Counted from the first letter of the stretch, positions 15,081 through 24,110 are shown. The stretch is DNA of 64,000 nucleotides from Dehalococcoidia bacterium (GCA_009377745.1 WHTK01000012.1:11742-75741); one strand, 5' to 3'. Notes: a model not told the origin generated them from the sequence alone. Made by a program: numbers and translations.

Positions 15081-17300
15081 CTATCCGGAGCCGGTGATGT
15101 TTTTGCGTTTGTTGCGGACGTAATCGACGAGGATGTACTCGCCGAGGCGGTCCGGGGTGGTGTAGAAGACGCGGCCTTTGTTCATCTTGGCCATCTGGTT
15201 GACGAATTCCTTGAGGTAGTAGTTGCGATCGAGCATGAAGGTGTTGATGGTGATCTGCTTCTGGGTGCAGCGCTTAACTTCCTTGAGGGTCTCGCGGATG
15301 GTGATGGGGCTGGGCGGGTAGGCGAAGTAGGAACGGCCGCGCTCAAGGTGGGCGGTGGGCTCGCCATCGCTGATCATGATGATCTGGCGGGTGCCGGTCT
15401 TGTGCTTGGCGAGCAGGTTCTGCGCCATCATCAGGGCGTGGTGCATGTTGGTGCCGAGGACAGACTCATCCCAGCGGACGTAGGGTAGCTGGTCTGCCTT
15501 GAGCTCCCGCGCGTAGGCAGAGAAGCCGATCATGTAGAGCGTATCGCGGGCGAACTGGGTGGTGATCAGGTTCTGGAGCGCCATCGCGACTTTCTTGGCG
15601 GCCTGGAAGCTGCCACGCAGGGCCATGGACCAGGAGAGGTCGACCATCATGACGGTTGCGGTCTGGGTGAGCTGCTCCGACTTCCAGACCTCGAAGTCCT
15701 GGGGATCGAGGCGGATCGGCAGCTCGGCGCCCTCGCGCTTGAGGGCGTTCATGATCGTCTTTTCCAGGTGGAGGTGGAAGGGGTCGCCAAACTCGTAGGG
15801 CTTGGAGTCATCTGAGCGCTCGACGCCGCGGCCGGGGTCGGCCAGCTTGTGGCTGCCGCTCTGCTCCTTCTTGAGCTGGGAGTAGATCTCACCCAGGGCC
15901 TTTTGACCGAGCTTGCGGGTGCCGCGGGGTGTTAGCTCCCAGGTGTTGCCGCGACGCCGGATGTAACCGGCTTCTTCGAGGATCTCGAGGAACTGCTTGA
16001 GCTGATCGAGAGTCTCCCCTGCTTCGTCGCCGAGGAGCTCCTTCAGCTTCTCGGGGTCGATGTCGTCGATATCGCCGCCGTACTGGGTGCGTTCCAGTTG
16101 GCGCTCGAGCTCGTCCATATCCTGCATGCGCTCCATGAGGCGCATGGCTTCGGTCAGGTCGACCTCCTCGTCGCCACGGAAGGGGTACTGGTTGCGGAGG
16201 TCGCGCTGGGGGTAGAGGAACTCGAGGTTGGAGGCGAGGTCGGCGAGCTCATCGCGCAGGTCCTGGTCGGCGATCTTGTCCATGAGCAGATCCTGGAGCT
16301 GTTGGCGCATATCGGCGGGCAGCGAGTCGAGCAGGTTCTGCATCTGCGAAACCTGGCGCTGCATCTGCTCGACCAGCTCATCGAGGTTCTGAGGCGGATT
16401 GTCGCCAAAGAGATCGCCGTACTGCTGCATGAAGGAGTCGAAGTCGGGCTCGCCGCCCTGCATCTTCTCCTGAAGCATCTTGTTGAGGTCCTGGACCATC
16501 TGCTTCATGCGCTCCAGGTCTTCCGGATTCATGTTGGCGATCTGGTTCTGCATGTTCTTGAAGAAGGAGTCCATCATGGCCTTCTTCAGCATTTCCATGA
16601 GCTCCTGGAACTCGGAGGCGGCCTGCGGGTCCATGAACTCGTAGTTCTGCAGCTCCTTCATCTGGCCGCCGAGGTCCTGGGGCAGGCCTTCGAGGAAGTT
16701 GCGCTTGCGCTCGACGATGTTCTTGAGCATGTCAGCGAACTGCTGCTCCTGGGAGCCGGATTTGCCACTTTGGCCGGAGCCGGACTGGCTGCCGGCGGAC
16801 TGGGAGCCTTGCCGGCTACCCTGGCCGCGCTGACCCTGCTGACCTTCTCCGGACTGACCTTCCTGGTCACCTTGTTGCATCGAAGGCTGCTGGCCGGAGC
16901 CTTCCTGGCCATCTCCCTCTTCGTTTGGGCCCTGCTGGCCGCCCTCGGCGCCTTCCTGAGGCTGATCCGTGGCATCGCCCAGACGCTCGTCGAGGGTGTT
17001 GCGCTCCTTTTCGAGGATCTCTTCGAGGCGCTTCTCGATGTCGTCGAAGGCGGAGGAGAGGTTGAAGCGGTCGAGGGTCTGACGGCGCTGCTGGCGTAGC
17101 TGCTGCAGGAGGTCACGCAGGCCCTGGGTGCGGTCCTGCATGGGGTCGCGCATGCCGCGTTGCAGCAGGTTACGCATGGCGTGCTGCAGGTCGCCAAAGT
17201 TCATGAGGTCGTCGGTGAGGGCGTTGAGAATATCGTCCGGGTTGAGCGGCGGGATCTCCTGCGTGCCGTCCCACTCGGTATAGCGGTAGCGAGTAACCAT
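15081..17300 (-). CDS. VWA domain protein with long acidic/Gln-rich coiled-coil region
   Basis: 739 aa. C-terminal VWA domain with a MIDAS-like DLSWS motif. Low-complexity block (QEGAEGGQQGPNEEGDGQEGSGQQ...). Starts 33 nt after the upstream AAA+ gene. Confidence 0.85.
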   Translation of the reverse strand: MVTRYRYTEWDGTQEIPPLNPDDILNALTDDLMNFGDLQHAMRNLLQRGMRDPMQDRTQGLRDLLQQLRQQRRQTLDRFNLSSAFDDIEKRLEEILEKERNTLDERLGDATDQPQEGAEGGQQGPNEEGDGQEGSGQQPSMQQGDQEGQSGEGQQGQRGQGSRQGSQSAGSQSGSGQSGKSGSQEQQFADMLKNIVERKRNFLEGLPQDLGGQMKELQNYEFMDPQAASEFQELMEMLKKAMMDSFFKNMQNQIANMNPEDLERMKQMVQDLNKMLQEKMQGGEPDFDSFMQQYGDLFGDNPPQNLDELVEQMQRQVSQMQNLLDSLPADMRQQLQDLLMDKIADQDLRDELADLASNLEFLYPQRDLRNQYPFRGDEEVDLTEAMRLMERMQDMDELERQLERTQYGGDIDDIDPEKLKELLGDEAGETLDQLKQFLEILEEAGYIRRRGNTWELTPRGTRKLGQKALGEIYSQLKKEQSGSHKLADPGRGVERSDDSKPYEFGDPFHLHLEKTIMNALKREGAELPIRLDPQDFEVWKSEQLTQTATVMMVDLSWSMALRGSFQAAKKVAMALQNLITTQFARDTLYMIGFSAYARELKADQLPYVRWDESVLGTNMHHALMMAQNLLAKHKTGTRQIIMISDGEPTAHLERGRSYFAYPPSPITIRETLKEVKRCTQKQITINTFMLDRNYYLKEFVNQMAKMNKGRVFYTTPDRLGEYILVDYVRNKRKNITGSG

Positions 17301-17333
17301 GGAAATTCCCCTGACCAGGGGGTGAGTAGGCGC

Positions 17334-18731
17334 CTACCCCCGGTATTGCGTCTTTAGACCAACTCGATCCTTGTTCAGGCGCTTGTTGAGGTGCAGCCCT
17401 TCGAGGATGAACTCGACGACGGAGGCTGTGACCGCCGAGGACGGCTTGGGTTCGACCTTGCTGACGTGCCGGCTGAGGTCTTCGACCTGCTTGACGACGC
17501 GCTCGTAGTTGGAGGATGGCATCATATCGCCGACCTCCACGGAGATGCCGGACTTGAAGCGGGTGACCACGTCATCGAAGTCTGAGACGCTGTAGTAGCG
17601 GTTGAAGACGGCGAGCACGGCGCCCTGGATGAGCTTGTCCAGGATTTGCTCTTCCTTGCCTTCCTCCACGGTCTCGAACTCGACCTTGCCGGAGATGGCG
17701 GGGATGACGAAGGGCAGGTCGCTGACGCGCGGGACGACCTCGTTCTCGCTAACGCTGATCGAGCGGCGCTGGGCGTTGGCCAGCAGGCTCTCGTAGTCGG
17801 CGATGGAGGCGCGGACGGAGACGCCGGAGCGCTGGTTGATGTCCGGGCTGCGGCGGGCCAGGCGGCTGATCTCGGCGACGATCTCTTTCATGAATTCCGG
17901 GACGGTGACCTTGAAGTCCTCGTCATCGAAGCGCATGCGCTCCTGCTCCATGATGCCGATCTCGTGCTCGACGGCCTTGGGGTAGTGAGTACGGATCTGG
18001 ACGCCGTAGCGGTCTTTGAGAGGCGTGATGATGCGGCCGCGGTTGGTGTAGTCCTCCGGGTTGGCGCTGGAGACGAGGTAAACGTCGAGCGGCAGGCGGA
18101 TGCGATAGCCGCGGATCTGGACGTCGCGCTCTTCCATGATGTTAAAGAGGCCGACCTGGATGCGCTCTGCCAGGTCCGGCAGCTCGTTGATGGCGAAGAT
18201 GCCGCGGTTGGTGCGCGGGATCAGGCCGTAGTGAATGGTCAGCTCGTCGGAGAGGTAGCGGCCCTCGGCGACGCGAATCGGGTCGACCTCACCGATGAGG
18301 TCAGCGATGGTGATGTCCGGCGTGGCGAGCTTCTCGCCGTAGCGGCGATCGCGGCCGATCCACTCGATGGGAGTGGCATCGCCCTTGTCATCGATGAGGT
18401 CCTGGGAGTGTTTGGAGATCGGCTGGAAGGGGTCGTCGTTGACCTCGCTGCCGAATACAATCGGTATCTCTTCGTCGAGCAGGTTGACCATGGCGCGGAT
18501 GAGGCGTGACTTGGCCTGGCCGCGCTCGCCGAGGAAGATGATGTCCTGTCCGGAGAGGATGGCGTTCTGAAGCTGAGGGATGACGGTTTCCTCGAAACCA
18601 AGGATGCCGGGGAAGAGGTCCGTGCGCTTGCGCAGCTTGTCGATCAGGTTGCGGCGCATCTCCTGCTTCACGGTCTGAACCCTGTAGCCGGCGCTACGCA
18701 GCTCTCCGAGAGTGGTTGGTTTGGCTGCCAC
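17334..18731 (-). CDS. AAA+ ATPase, Mg-chelatase subunit I-like (often annotated sigma-54 interaction domain protein)
   Basis: 465 aa. Walker A GERGQAKS, Walker B-like IFAINELPDL. GTG start. Confidence 0.85.
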   Translation of the reverse strand: MAAKPTTLGELRSAGYRVQTVKQEMRRNLIDKLRKRTDLFPGILGFEETVIPQLQNAILSGQDIIFLGERGQAKSRLIRAMVNLLDEEIPIVFGSEVNDDPFQPISKHSQDLIDDKGDATPIEWIGRDRRYGEKLATPDITIADLIGEVDPIRVAEGRYLSDELTIHYGLIPRTNRGIFAINELPDLAERIQVGLFNIMEERDVQIRGYRIRLPLDVYLVSSANPEDYTNRGRIITPLKDRYGVQIRTHYPKAVEHEIGIMEQERMRFDDEDFKVTVPEFMKEIVAEISRLARRSPDINQRSGVSVRASIADYESLLANAQRRSISVSENEVVPRVSDLPFVIPAISGKVEFETVEEGKEEQILDKLIQGAVLAVFNRYYSVSDFDDVVTRFKSGISVEVGDMMPSSNYERVVKQVEDLSRHVSKVEPKPSSAVTASVVEFILEGLHLNKRLNKDRVGLKTQYRG

Positions 18732-18809
18732 GTTCCCTCATTCCTCTCGCGGTCCATGCTCCGGCGCCGCGATACGCAATCTACCGGCCAGTGGAGGTCG
18801 GGCAGGTTC

Positions 18810-18838
18810 ATTATACCGGTTGACTAAGGCTTTGCCAG
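18810..18838 (-). promoter_or_regulatory. candidate sigma-70-type promoter of the AAA+/VWA operon
   Basis: On the minus strand: CTGGCA-N17-TATAAT, about 80 nt upstream of the GTG start. Confidence 0.4.
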
Positions 18839-18870
18839 TGTAGATAGGCCTCGTCCGCGTTTCGGGAGTA

Positions 18871-19815
18871 TTAGTCGTCTTCGTCATCGCCGGAGCCGCG
18901 GCCGCCGATCGGGGTGGGCGTGGCAGTGGGTGTCGGCGCCGGACTGAGGGTGACGCTGAGGAAGTTATTGGAGCGGTTGGGGTCGTTGACGTTGCCGGAG
19001 GGGTCGGCGATAGCGTGGACCTCAAGCTCGCTCCGGACGGTGAAGAAGCTGGACGTGAGGGTGACAGTGTCGCCGACTTCGAGGCCGCGCTGGGAGCTAA
19101 TGATGAGCTCGCTGCGGGTGGCTATGTCGCGCACGAGGACGTTGACCTGCTGCTCCAGGAGGTCGCCCGGGCCGGTGTTACCGACGACAACGCGGACGCG
19201 ACCATCGGATAGAAGGCTGATGCGGTTGACTACCAGATCCACAGGGCCGAGGTTGAGGCGTGGCGTTGGCGTCACGATGGGGCCACCACCGCTACCAGCC
19301 TCAGGCGTGGAGCGTGGGGGCGGGCCGCCGTCGCCGTTTTCGAAGGGGAAGTTGGGTATCGTCACGCTGCGGGGCAGGGGAGTCGGCAGGACCACGCTGA
19401 GCCGATCGAGGCCGGCGACGCCTTCGAGGTTGCTGACGAGCACCCAGCCGCGCGCCGTCGAGCCGGGAGGAAAGCGGATAGCAACCCATTGCGAATCGGC
19501 GTCACGGCCGACGACGTCGACGGCCTCGCCGCGGGGAAAGATGCCGACGACCGCGAAGGCGCCGCCGGGGCCGAGATGGACATCGACGGCGGTCCTGGTC
19601 CGCGGGCGAGCGTCGGGTGTGGCTGTCGTGCCGGGGGGCAGGGGCTGCTGGGTGGGAATGACGAAGGCCCGCGGGTCTTGATTTGCGTCGGAGGCGTCTG
19701 AGCGCTGGACGAGGGCGATGGCGACAAGGGCCAGAGCGACACCGAGGAAGCTACCAAGGCCAAAGCCGATGAAAAAGGTGAACGAATCGAAATGAAATCG
19801 AGAGGATTGTTCCAT
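18871..19815 (-). CDS. membrane-anchored protein with SH3b-like and CARDB-like regions
   Basis: Start trimmed to MEQSSRFHF. One TM segment (FFIGFGLGSFLGVALALVAIALV). An SH3b-like region (VVGRDADSQWVAIRF...GWV) and a CARDB-like region (VDLVVNRISLL...VVVGNTGPGD). Confidence 0.6.
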   Translation of the reverse strand: MEQSSRFHFDSFTFFIGFGLGSFLGVALALVAIALVQRSDASDANQDPRAFVIPTQQPLPPGTTATPDARPRTRTAVDVHLGPGGAFAVVGIFPRGEAVDVVGRDADSQWVAIRFPPGSTARGWVLVSNLEGVAGLDRLSVVLPTPLPRSVTIPNFPFENGDGGPPPRSTPEAGSGGGPIVTPTPRLNLGPVDLVVNRISLLSDGRVRVVVGNTGPGDLLEQQVNVLVRDIATRSELIISSQRGLEVGDTVTLTSSFFTVRSELEVHAIADPSGNVNDPNRSNNFLSVTLSPAPTPTATPTPIGGRGSGDDEDD

Positions 19816-19910
19816 CGGCGTATTCGATTTTAGCGCGTCGGTGGCCCTTGGCAGAAGATCGTATCTGACTGTTATGATCGAGTTCACAGATCGTTAGGAT
19901 TTTTGCAAGG

Positions 19911-20441
19911 ATGCGCGAAGAAGAACAGCCCTACAACGTTCGCAATGAACTCCTGGAACGCCTCCGCGCTCTGGAGGGGCCGCAGTCCAGCGGGACGCTG
20001 GCCGAGCTCTCTTATCGGCGAGCGCGTGAAGCTCTGGAACGGGCACTGGAAGAGGCGCGGACAATCCGGCTCCAAGCGATCGAGGACGCGCGCAGCACGC
20101 GCGAGCGGGAGCTGACTTCGCTGATGGATTCGATGCGGTCGCTGCGTGAATCGGCGGAGCGGCAGATCCAGGAGCTGTTCGAGACGGCCGAGATCGAGGT
20201 TAGCCGCCTCAGCGGCCGGGCCAAAGCCGACGCCCAGGCGATCATCGAGCGAGCAACGGCCGAAGCAGCCGAGACCAAGGCGGAAGCGGCCGCCATCCGC
20301 ACCGGCGCTGAGGAACGAGTCCGCACCGTCGAGCGTATTGAAGCCGACTTTAACCGCGCCCTTTCGGAAATCGCCGAGCGTATCGGCCTGACGGACAAGC
20401 CCAGCGAGGGCTGGTGGAAGCGATTTACTGACAGGACGTGA
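19911..20441 (+). CDS. hypothetical coiled-coil protein
   Basis: 176 aa, rich in E/R/A heptad-like sequence. Preferred over the Arg-rich 272-aa ORF on the opposite strand. Confidence 0.5.
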   Translation: MREEEQPYNVRNELLERLRALEGPQSSGTLAELSYRRAREALERALEEARTIRLQAIEDARSTRERELTSLMDSMRSLRESAERQIQELFETAEIEVSRLSGRAKADAQAIIERATAEAAETKAEAAAIRTGAEERVRTVERIEADFNRALSEIAERIGLTDKPSEGWWKRFTDRT

Positions 20442-20465
20442 CACCGCGGCTTTTGACCCGCCGCG

Positions 20466-20717
20466 GTGGCGAATCCTAGGATTGATCGCGACATGCCGCG
20501 CTGGGACCGCCCGCTCAACGACCCCGAATCGCCCTACAGCCAGCGGGTGGAGCTGGATGAACTGCCGGTGAGTCGCGCCTCCGAGGCGCCGCTGGCATCG
20601 GAGTGGGCGCTGTGGCTTTACATCGGCAAGCTGATCCTGGCTCTGATCGTGCTGGGGCTGCTGCTGACGAACGTGATGTACGGGGCATTCGAGCTGATGC
20701 ACCTGCTCGGTGGATAG
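20466..20717 (+). CDS. hypothetical small membrane protein
   Basis: 83-aa ORF with a C-terminal TM segment (WALWLYIGKLILALIVLGLLLTNVMYGAF). The start may be the internal ATG at 20493. Confidence 0.4.
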   Translation: MANPRIDRDMPRWDRPLNDPESPYSQRVELDELPVSRASEAPLASEWALWLYIGKLILALIVLGLLLTNVMYGAFELMHLLGG

Positions 20718-20803
20718 GCAGCTGCTCTTAACTGCAAAAGCTTTGACGGCGACTAACCTGGCCGACAGATGTGCGGGGAAGGCCGTTTTGGTGTGGAGGA
20801 CAA

Positions 20804-20838
20804 GATTCTTCGCTGGGCTGCGCCCGCTCAGAATGACA
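20804..20838 (+). repeat. two-box repeat, family 4
   Basis: GATTCTTCGCTGGGCTGCGCCCGCTCAGAATGACA; compare 42921-42986. Confidence 0.7.
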
Positions 20839-20866
20839 TTTTGGGCTTCTAGGGATAAACATCGGA

Positions 20867-20943
20867 TGGTGGGCGGTACTGGACTCGAACCAGTGACCTC
20901 AGCGATGTCAACGCTGCGCTCTAACCAACTGAGCTAACCGCCC
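20867..20943 (-). tRNA. tRNA-Val (anticodon GAC), CCA encoded
   Basis: Reverse complement: GGGCGGTTAGCTCAGTTGGTTAGAGCGCAGCGTTGACATCGCTGAGGTCACTGGTTCGAGTCCAGTACCGCCCACCA. Anticodon loop TTGACAT. Confidence 0.92.
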
Positions 20944-21158
20944 GAAGAGTAAGGTTGATGCTAACAAGCCGCCTCTAGAGCGTCAAACGACGCCCAAGGG
21001 CTGCTAGTTCCAAGCACAGACGCTATACTGCGACAAATCGAATACAGGCTACGACGAGGACGAGTAACGGCTATCGACGGCGCCAGAGAGGGGAGCAAGG
21101 CTGAGACTCCCTGCCGGACGAGTCGCGAATACCACCTCCGAGCCGGGCTCCGAGGCGT

Positions 21159-21197
21159 CAGGCTGACGCGGCAGGCTGACGCGGCAGGCTGACGCGG
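21159..21197 (+). repeat. 13-nt tandem repeat (CAGGCTGACGCGG) x3 inside the T-box leader
   Basis: Read directly; followed by a partial CAGG. Confidence 0.9.
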
Positions 21198-21300
21198 CAG
21201 GGCGGCCCCGCGGACCAGCGTTATCGGCCCTAGAGGCGCTGCTGTACCTCGGGCTGAACCCCGAGGCATGATCAGCGTAAACCAGGGTGGAACCACGGAC

Positions 21301-21335
21301 AGCCCACCGTCCCTGTGACGGTTGGGCTTTTTTAT
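21301..21335 (+). terminator. intrinsic terminator of the T-box leader
   Basis: AGCCCACCGTC-CCTGT-GACGGTTGGGCT followed by TTTTTTATT. Confidence 0.8.
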
Positions 21336-21551
21336 TGGCTGGGACGAGGCCGGAGGGCTGGGAGGCGTTGATGAGGATTCGGGTCGCAATGGAGATTTGA
21401 GGGCGGCCGGGGCGACCTCCCCTCGGTCCCCTCTCCGTTGACGGAGAGGGGAAGCTCAGCGCTTCGGGGCCGCGTCAACTTAAACGTGGGCTGAGGACGA
21501 ATTAAGAGACTTATGGTGGCGGAGCTGCCGCCTATAGCAACGGAGATAGAG

Positions 21552-23321
21552 ATGAACCAGGATGCGTCTAACCAGATCAAGGGCATGAATGAGCTTCTGT
21601 ACCGGCAGCGGCACTCGGCGGCGCACATCATGGCGGAGGCGGTGCTGGAGATCTTTCCGGAGGCGAAGTACGCCATTGGCCCGCCGATTGAGAACGGCTT
21701 TTACTACGACTTCGACCTGCCGCGACCGCTGACGCCGGACGACCTGAATGACGTCGATAAGCGGATGCGGGCCAGCATCCGGGCGGACAAGCCGTTCGTG
21801 AAGAGCGAGTCGGCGAAGGCGGAGGCGCGGGCGTTTTTCGCGGAGCAGCCGTACAAGCTGGAGCTGATCGACGGCATCCCGGACGAGAAGGTCGGCATCT
21901 GCAAGCACGGCAACTTCACCGACCTCTGCGGCTACCCGCACGTCGAGAGCACCGGCAAGGTGGGGGCGTTCAAGCTGATGAGCGTCGCGGGGGCGTACTG
22001 GCGCGGCGATGAGCACCGGCCGATGCTGCAGCGCATCTACGGCGTCATGTTCCCGACCGACGATGAGCTGGCGGAGTACCTGCACAACCTGGAGGAGGCG
22101 GAGCGCCGCGACCACCGGCGGCTGGGCAAGGAGCTGGAGCTGTTCTTCGTCGACCCGATAGCGCCGGGAAGCCCTTTCTTCCTGCCGAAGGGCACGACGA
22201 TCTACAACCTGGCGATCGATTTCATGCGGGGGCTGTACAAGCGCTACGGCTACCAAGAGGTGATCACGCCGCAGATCTTCAGCGTCGATTTGTGGAAGCG
22301 GTCCGGGCATTATGACAACTATCGCGAGGGGATGTACTTCATCCAGGACGAGGACCGCGAGCTGGGCGTCAAGCCGATGAATTGCCCCGGCCACTGCATC
22401 ATGTACGCCTCGCAGGTACACTCCTATCGCGAGCTGCCGCTGAGATATGCCGACTTCGGGCGGCTGCACCGCTTCGAGCGCTCCGGGACGTTGCACGGTC
22501 TTACGCGAGTGAGATCGTTTTCGCAGGATGACGCGCACATCTACTGCCGGCTGGACCAGATCGGCGGCGAGATTCAGACGCTGGTGGCGATGATGAGGGA
22601 GACGTACAGCGCCTTCCACCTGGGCCAGCCGCGCTTCTCGCTGTCGCTGCGGCCGGACAAACGGATCGGCAGTGACGAGACGTGGGATATGGCAGAGTCG
22701 GCGCTGCGGGACGCGCTGGTGGCGTCCGGCATAGCTTTCGAAGAGATCGCCAACGAGGGCGCCTTCTACGGCCCCAAGATCGACCTGTTCATGGACGACG
22801 TGCTGGGGCGCGAGTGGCAGATCAGCACCTTTCAGCTGGACTTTAACCTGCCGGAGCGCTTCGACCTGGAGTATGCGGCCGAAGACGGGTCGCTGCAGCG
22901 TCCGGTGATGATCCACCGGGCGATCCTGGGGTCGTTGGAGCGGTTCATGGGCATCCTGATCGAGCACAGCGCCGGGGCTTTCCCGACCTGGCTGGCGCCG
23001 GTGCAGACGACGCTGATCCCGATTGCCGACCGCCACGTCGAGTACTGCGAGGGGGTGGCGGCACGGCTACGAGAGACAGGCCTGAGGGTCGAGGTGGACG
23101 CGCGCGGCGAGCGGATGCAGGCCAAGATTCGCGACGCGCAGCTTATGAAAGTGCCGTACATGCTGGTGGCAGGCGATAGGGATATCGAAGCCGGGGCGGT
23201 GTCGGTGCGGGCGCGCGGCGGCGGCGACCTGGGGCCGATGGCGGTAGAGGCGGTAATCGAGCGGCTGGCGGTTGAGGTGGCGTCGAAGGGGAGTCCGGAG
23301 GGAGCGGCGGGGGAAGCTTAG
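21552..23321 (+). CDS. thrS: threonine--tRNA ligase (no N-terminal TGS domain)
   Basis: Begins at the editing/SAD region (RHSAAHIMAEAV) and has the class II core motifs. I chose the ATG at 21552 because GGAGA lies 5 nt upstream. The ORF is also open from the ATG at 21513. Confidence 0.93.
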   Translation: MNQDASNQIKGMNELLYRQRHSAAHIMAEAVLEIFPEAKYAIGPPIENGFYYDFDLPRPLTPDDLNDVDKRMRASIRADKPFVKSESAKAEARAFFAEQPYKLELIDGIPDEKVGICKHGNFTDLCGYPHVESTGKVGAFKLMSVAGAYWRGDEHRPMLQRIYGVMFPTDDELAEYLHNLEEAERRDHRRLGKELELFFVDPIAPGSPFFLPKGTTIYNLAIDFMRGLYKRYGYQEVITPQIFSVDLWKRSGHYDNYREGMYFIQDEDRELGVKPMNCPGHCIMYASQVHSYRELPLRYADFGRLHRFERSGTLHGLTRVRSFSQDDAHIYCRLDQIGGEIQTLVAMMRETYSAFHLGQPRFSLSLRPDKRIGSDETWDMAESALRDALVASGIAFEEIANEGAFYGPKIDLFMDDVLGREWQISTFQLDFNLPERFDLEYAAEDGSLQRPVMIHRAILGSLERFMGILIEHSAGAFPTWLAPVQTTLIPIADRHVEYCEGVAARLRETGLRVEVDARGERMQAKIRDAQLMKVPYMLVAGDRDIEAGAVSVRARGGGDLGPMAVEAVIERLAVEVASKGSPEGAAGEA

Positions 23322-23367
23322 GGTTGGGGATCACCTTGTCGAAGGGTTGGGGGATCACCTTGTCGAA
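23321..23367 (+). repeat. tandem repeat GGGTTGGGG(G)ATCACCTTGTCGAA x2
   Basis: Begins at the last base of the thrS stop codon. Confidence 0.85.
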
Positions 23368-23395
23368 TTGAGGGAGACTCTTGAAGGGGATGGGA

Positions 23396-23425
23396 CGTAG
23401 GGGCGCACGGCCGTGCGCCCCTACG
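23396..23425. repeat. perfect 30-bp palindrome
   Basis: CGTAGGGGCGCACGG|CCGTGCGCCCCTACG. Confidence 0.9.
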
Positions 23426-23446
23426 CGCGTCGACACGACAACGTTG

Positions 23447-23607
23447 CGGATACAAAGAGACGGAGGAAACCTCACGAATGACGTCCCCTCCGTTTATGAG
23501 TTAAGAGTTACGTTCGGCTTTCGTCGTCCGTGTTTCTTAGCTCACGAGTAGGCTATAGCGGCGGCCATGACAGGTGGCTCTCGGCGAAGAGGTGGGCGCT
23601 ACAGGGG
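23447..23607 (+). repeat. about 160-nt intergenic repeat, copy A (candidate sRNA or MITE-like element)
   Basis: Aligns with 23698-23857. Contains hairpins ACGGAGG..CCTCCGT and GAGTTAAGA..TCTTAGCTC. Confidence 0.7.
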
Positions 23608-23697
23608 CGTGACAGCGGAGGAAATAGGGGCAAGCCGCCATTTCGCGAGATCGAGGCGCTCGCCGGGGGCCATACGTCCTTACCCGACCGGATGGAG

Positions 23698-23857
23698 CGG
23701 ACACAAAGAGACGGAGGAACCCTCACGAATGACGTTTCCTCCGTCTAAGAGCTAAGAGTCGGTTCAACTTTCGCTGTTCCTTTTCTTAGCTCACAAGAAG
23801 GTTATTGCGGCGGCCGTGACGCTGGGATTTCGGTGAAGAGGTGGGGTGTAACGGGGG
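23698..23857 (+). repeat. about 160-nt intergenic repeat, copy B
   Basis: Same box order as copy A; second hairpin is GAGCTAAGA..TCTTAGCTC. Confidence 0.7.
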
Positions 23858-24066
23858 CATTTCAGGTCTCGGGCCGAGTCGATAATCCGGGCGTTGGCTC
23901 ATCCTTCGAGTGCCTCAGGGCGAGCGGGCTTGTTTCGTCTGCTTTGCGACAACTCGTCGTAGGGTCCTTCAACCCTTCGACCCGGCTCAGGGGAGGCCAG
24001 GCTCATTATGCCGTTCGAAGCCGCCTGGCCGACTGACGAGGCGTCCTGGCGGTTGGATGGTTGGGT

Positions 24067-24110
24067 CCGAGATTGCTTCGCCTCGCCGCGGCGATGGCTC
24101 GCAAGGACAG
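24067..24110 (+). repeat. two-box repeat, hybrid of family 1 box A and family 3 box B
   Basis: CCGAGATTGCTTCGCCTCGCCGCGGCGATGGCTCGCAAGGACAG. Confidence 0.75.

Larger units (their letters stand above)
21040..21335 (+). promoter_or_regulatory. T-box leader (Thr specifier ACC) upstream of thrS
   Basis: Stem I elements (GAGGACGAGTA, AGAGAG). GAAT-ACC-A in the specifier region (ACC at 21131-21133). T-box sequence AAACCAGGGTGGAACCACGG (about 21279-21298). Followed by a terminator hairpin with a T-run. Confidence 0.8.

Noticed and set aside
19884-20702. 272-aa minus-strand ORF overlapping the coiled-coil and small membrane ORFs.
   Set aside because: Its extremely Arg/Pro/Gln-rich composition looks like an antisense artefact. 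The plus-strand ORFs look more protein-like, though they too are only moderately supported.
20710-20937. 75-aa ORF overlapping tRNA-Val, and a 72-aa ORF at 58338-58556 overlapping tRNA-Glu and tRNA-Gln.
   Set aside because: The sequence is fully explained by the tRNA genes on the opposite strand.
20867-20943. Integrated element or prophage at tRNA-Val, or at tRNA-Glu/Gln (58301-58532).
   Set aside because: There is no integrase gene, and I noticed no direct repeat of a tRNA 3' end nearby. Neighbouring genes are ordinary chromosomal genes apart from the VapBC pair.
21128-21136. Alternative reading of the T-box specifier as UAC (Tyr), taken directly after GAA.
   Set aside because: ACC is followed by the conserved purine (A), and the downstream gene is thrS. 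UAC would be followed by C. A covariance-model alignment should still confirm this.
21480-23036. 518-aa ORF antisense to thrS. Similar long antisense ORFs occur at 35288-37105, 9307-10428, 30060-31253, 39316-40617, 16098-17099, 54 kb and elsewhere.
   Set aside because: These are Arg/Ala/Gly/Asp-rich shadow ORFs, typical of high-GC DNA, lying opposite strongly conserved genes. They have no recognisable motifs.
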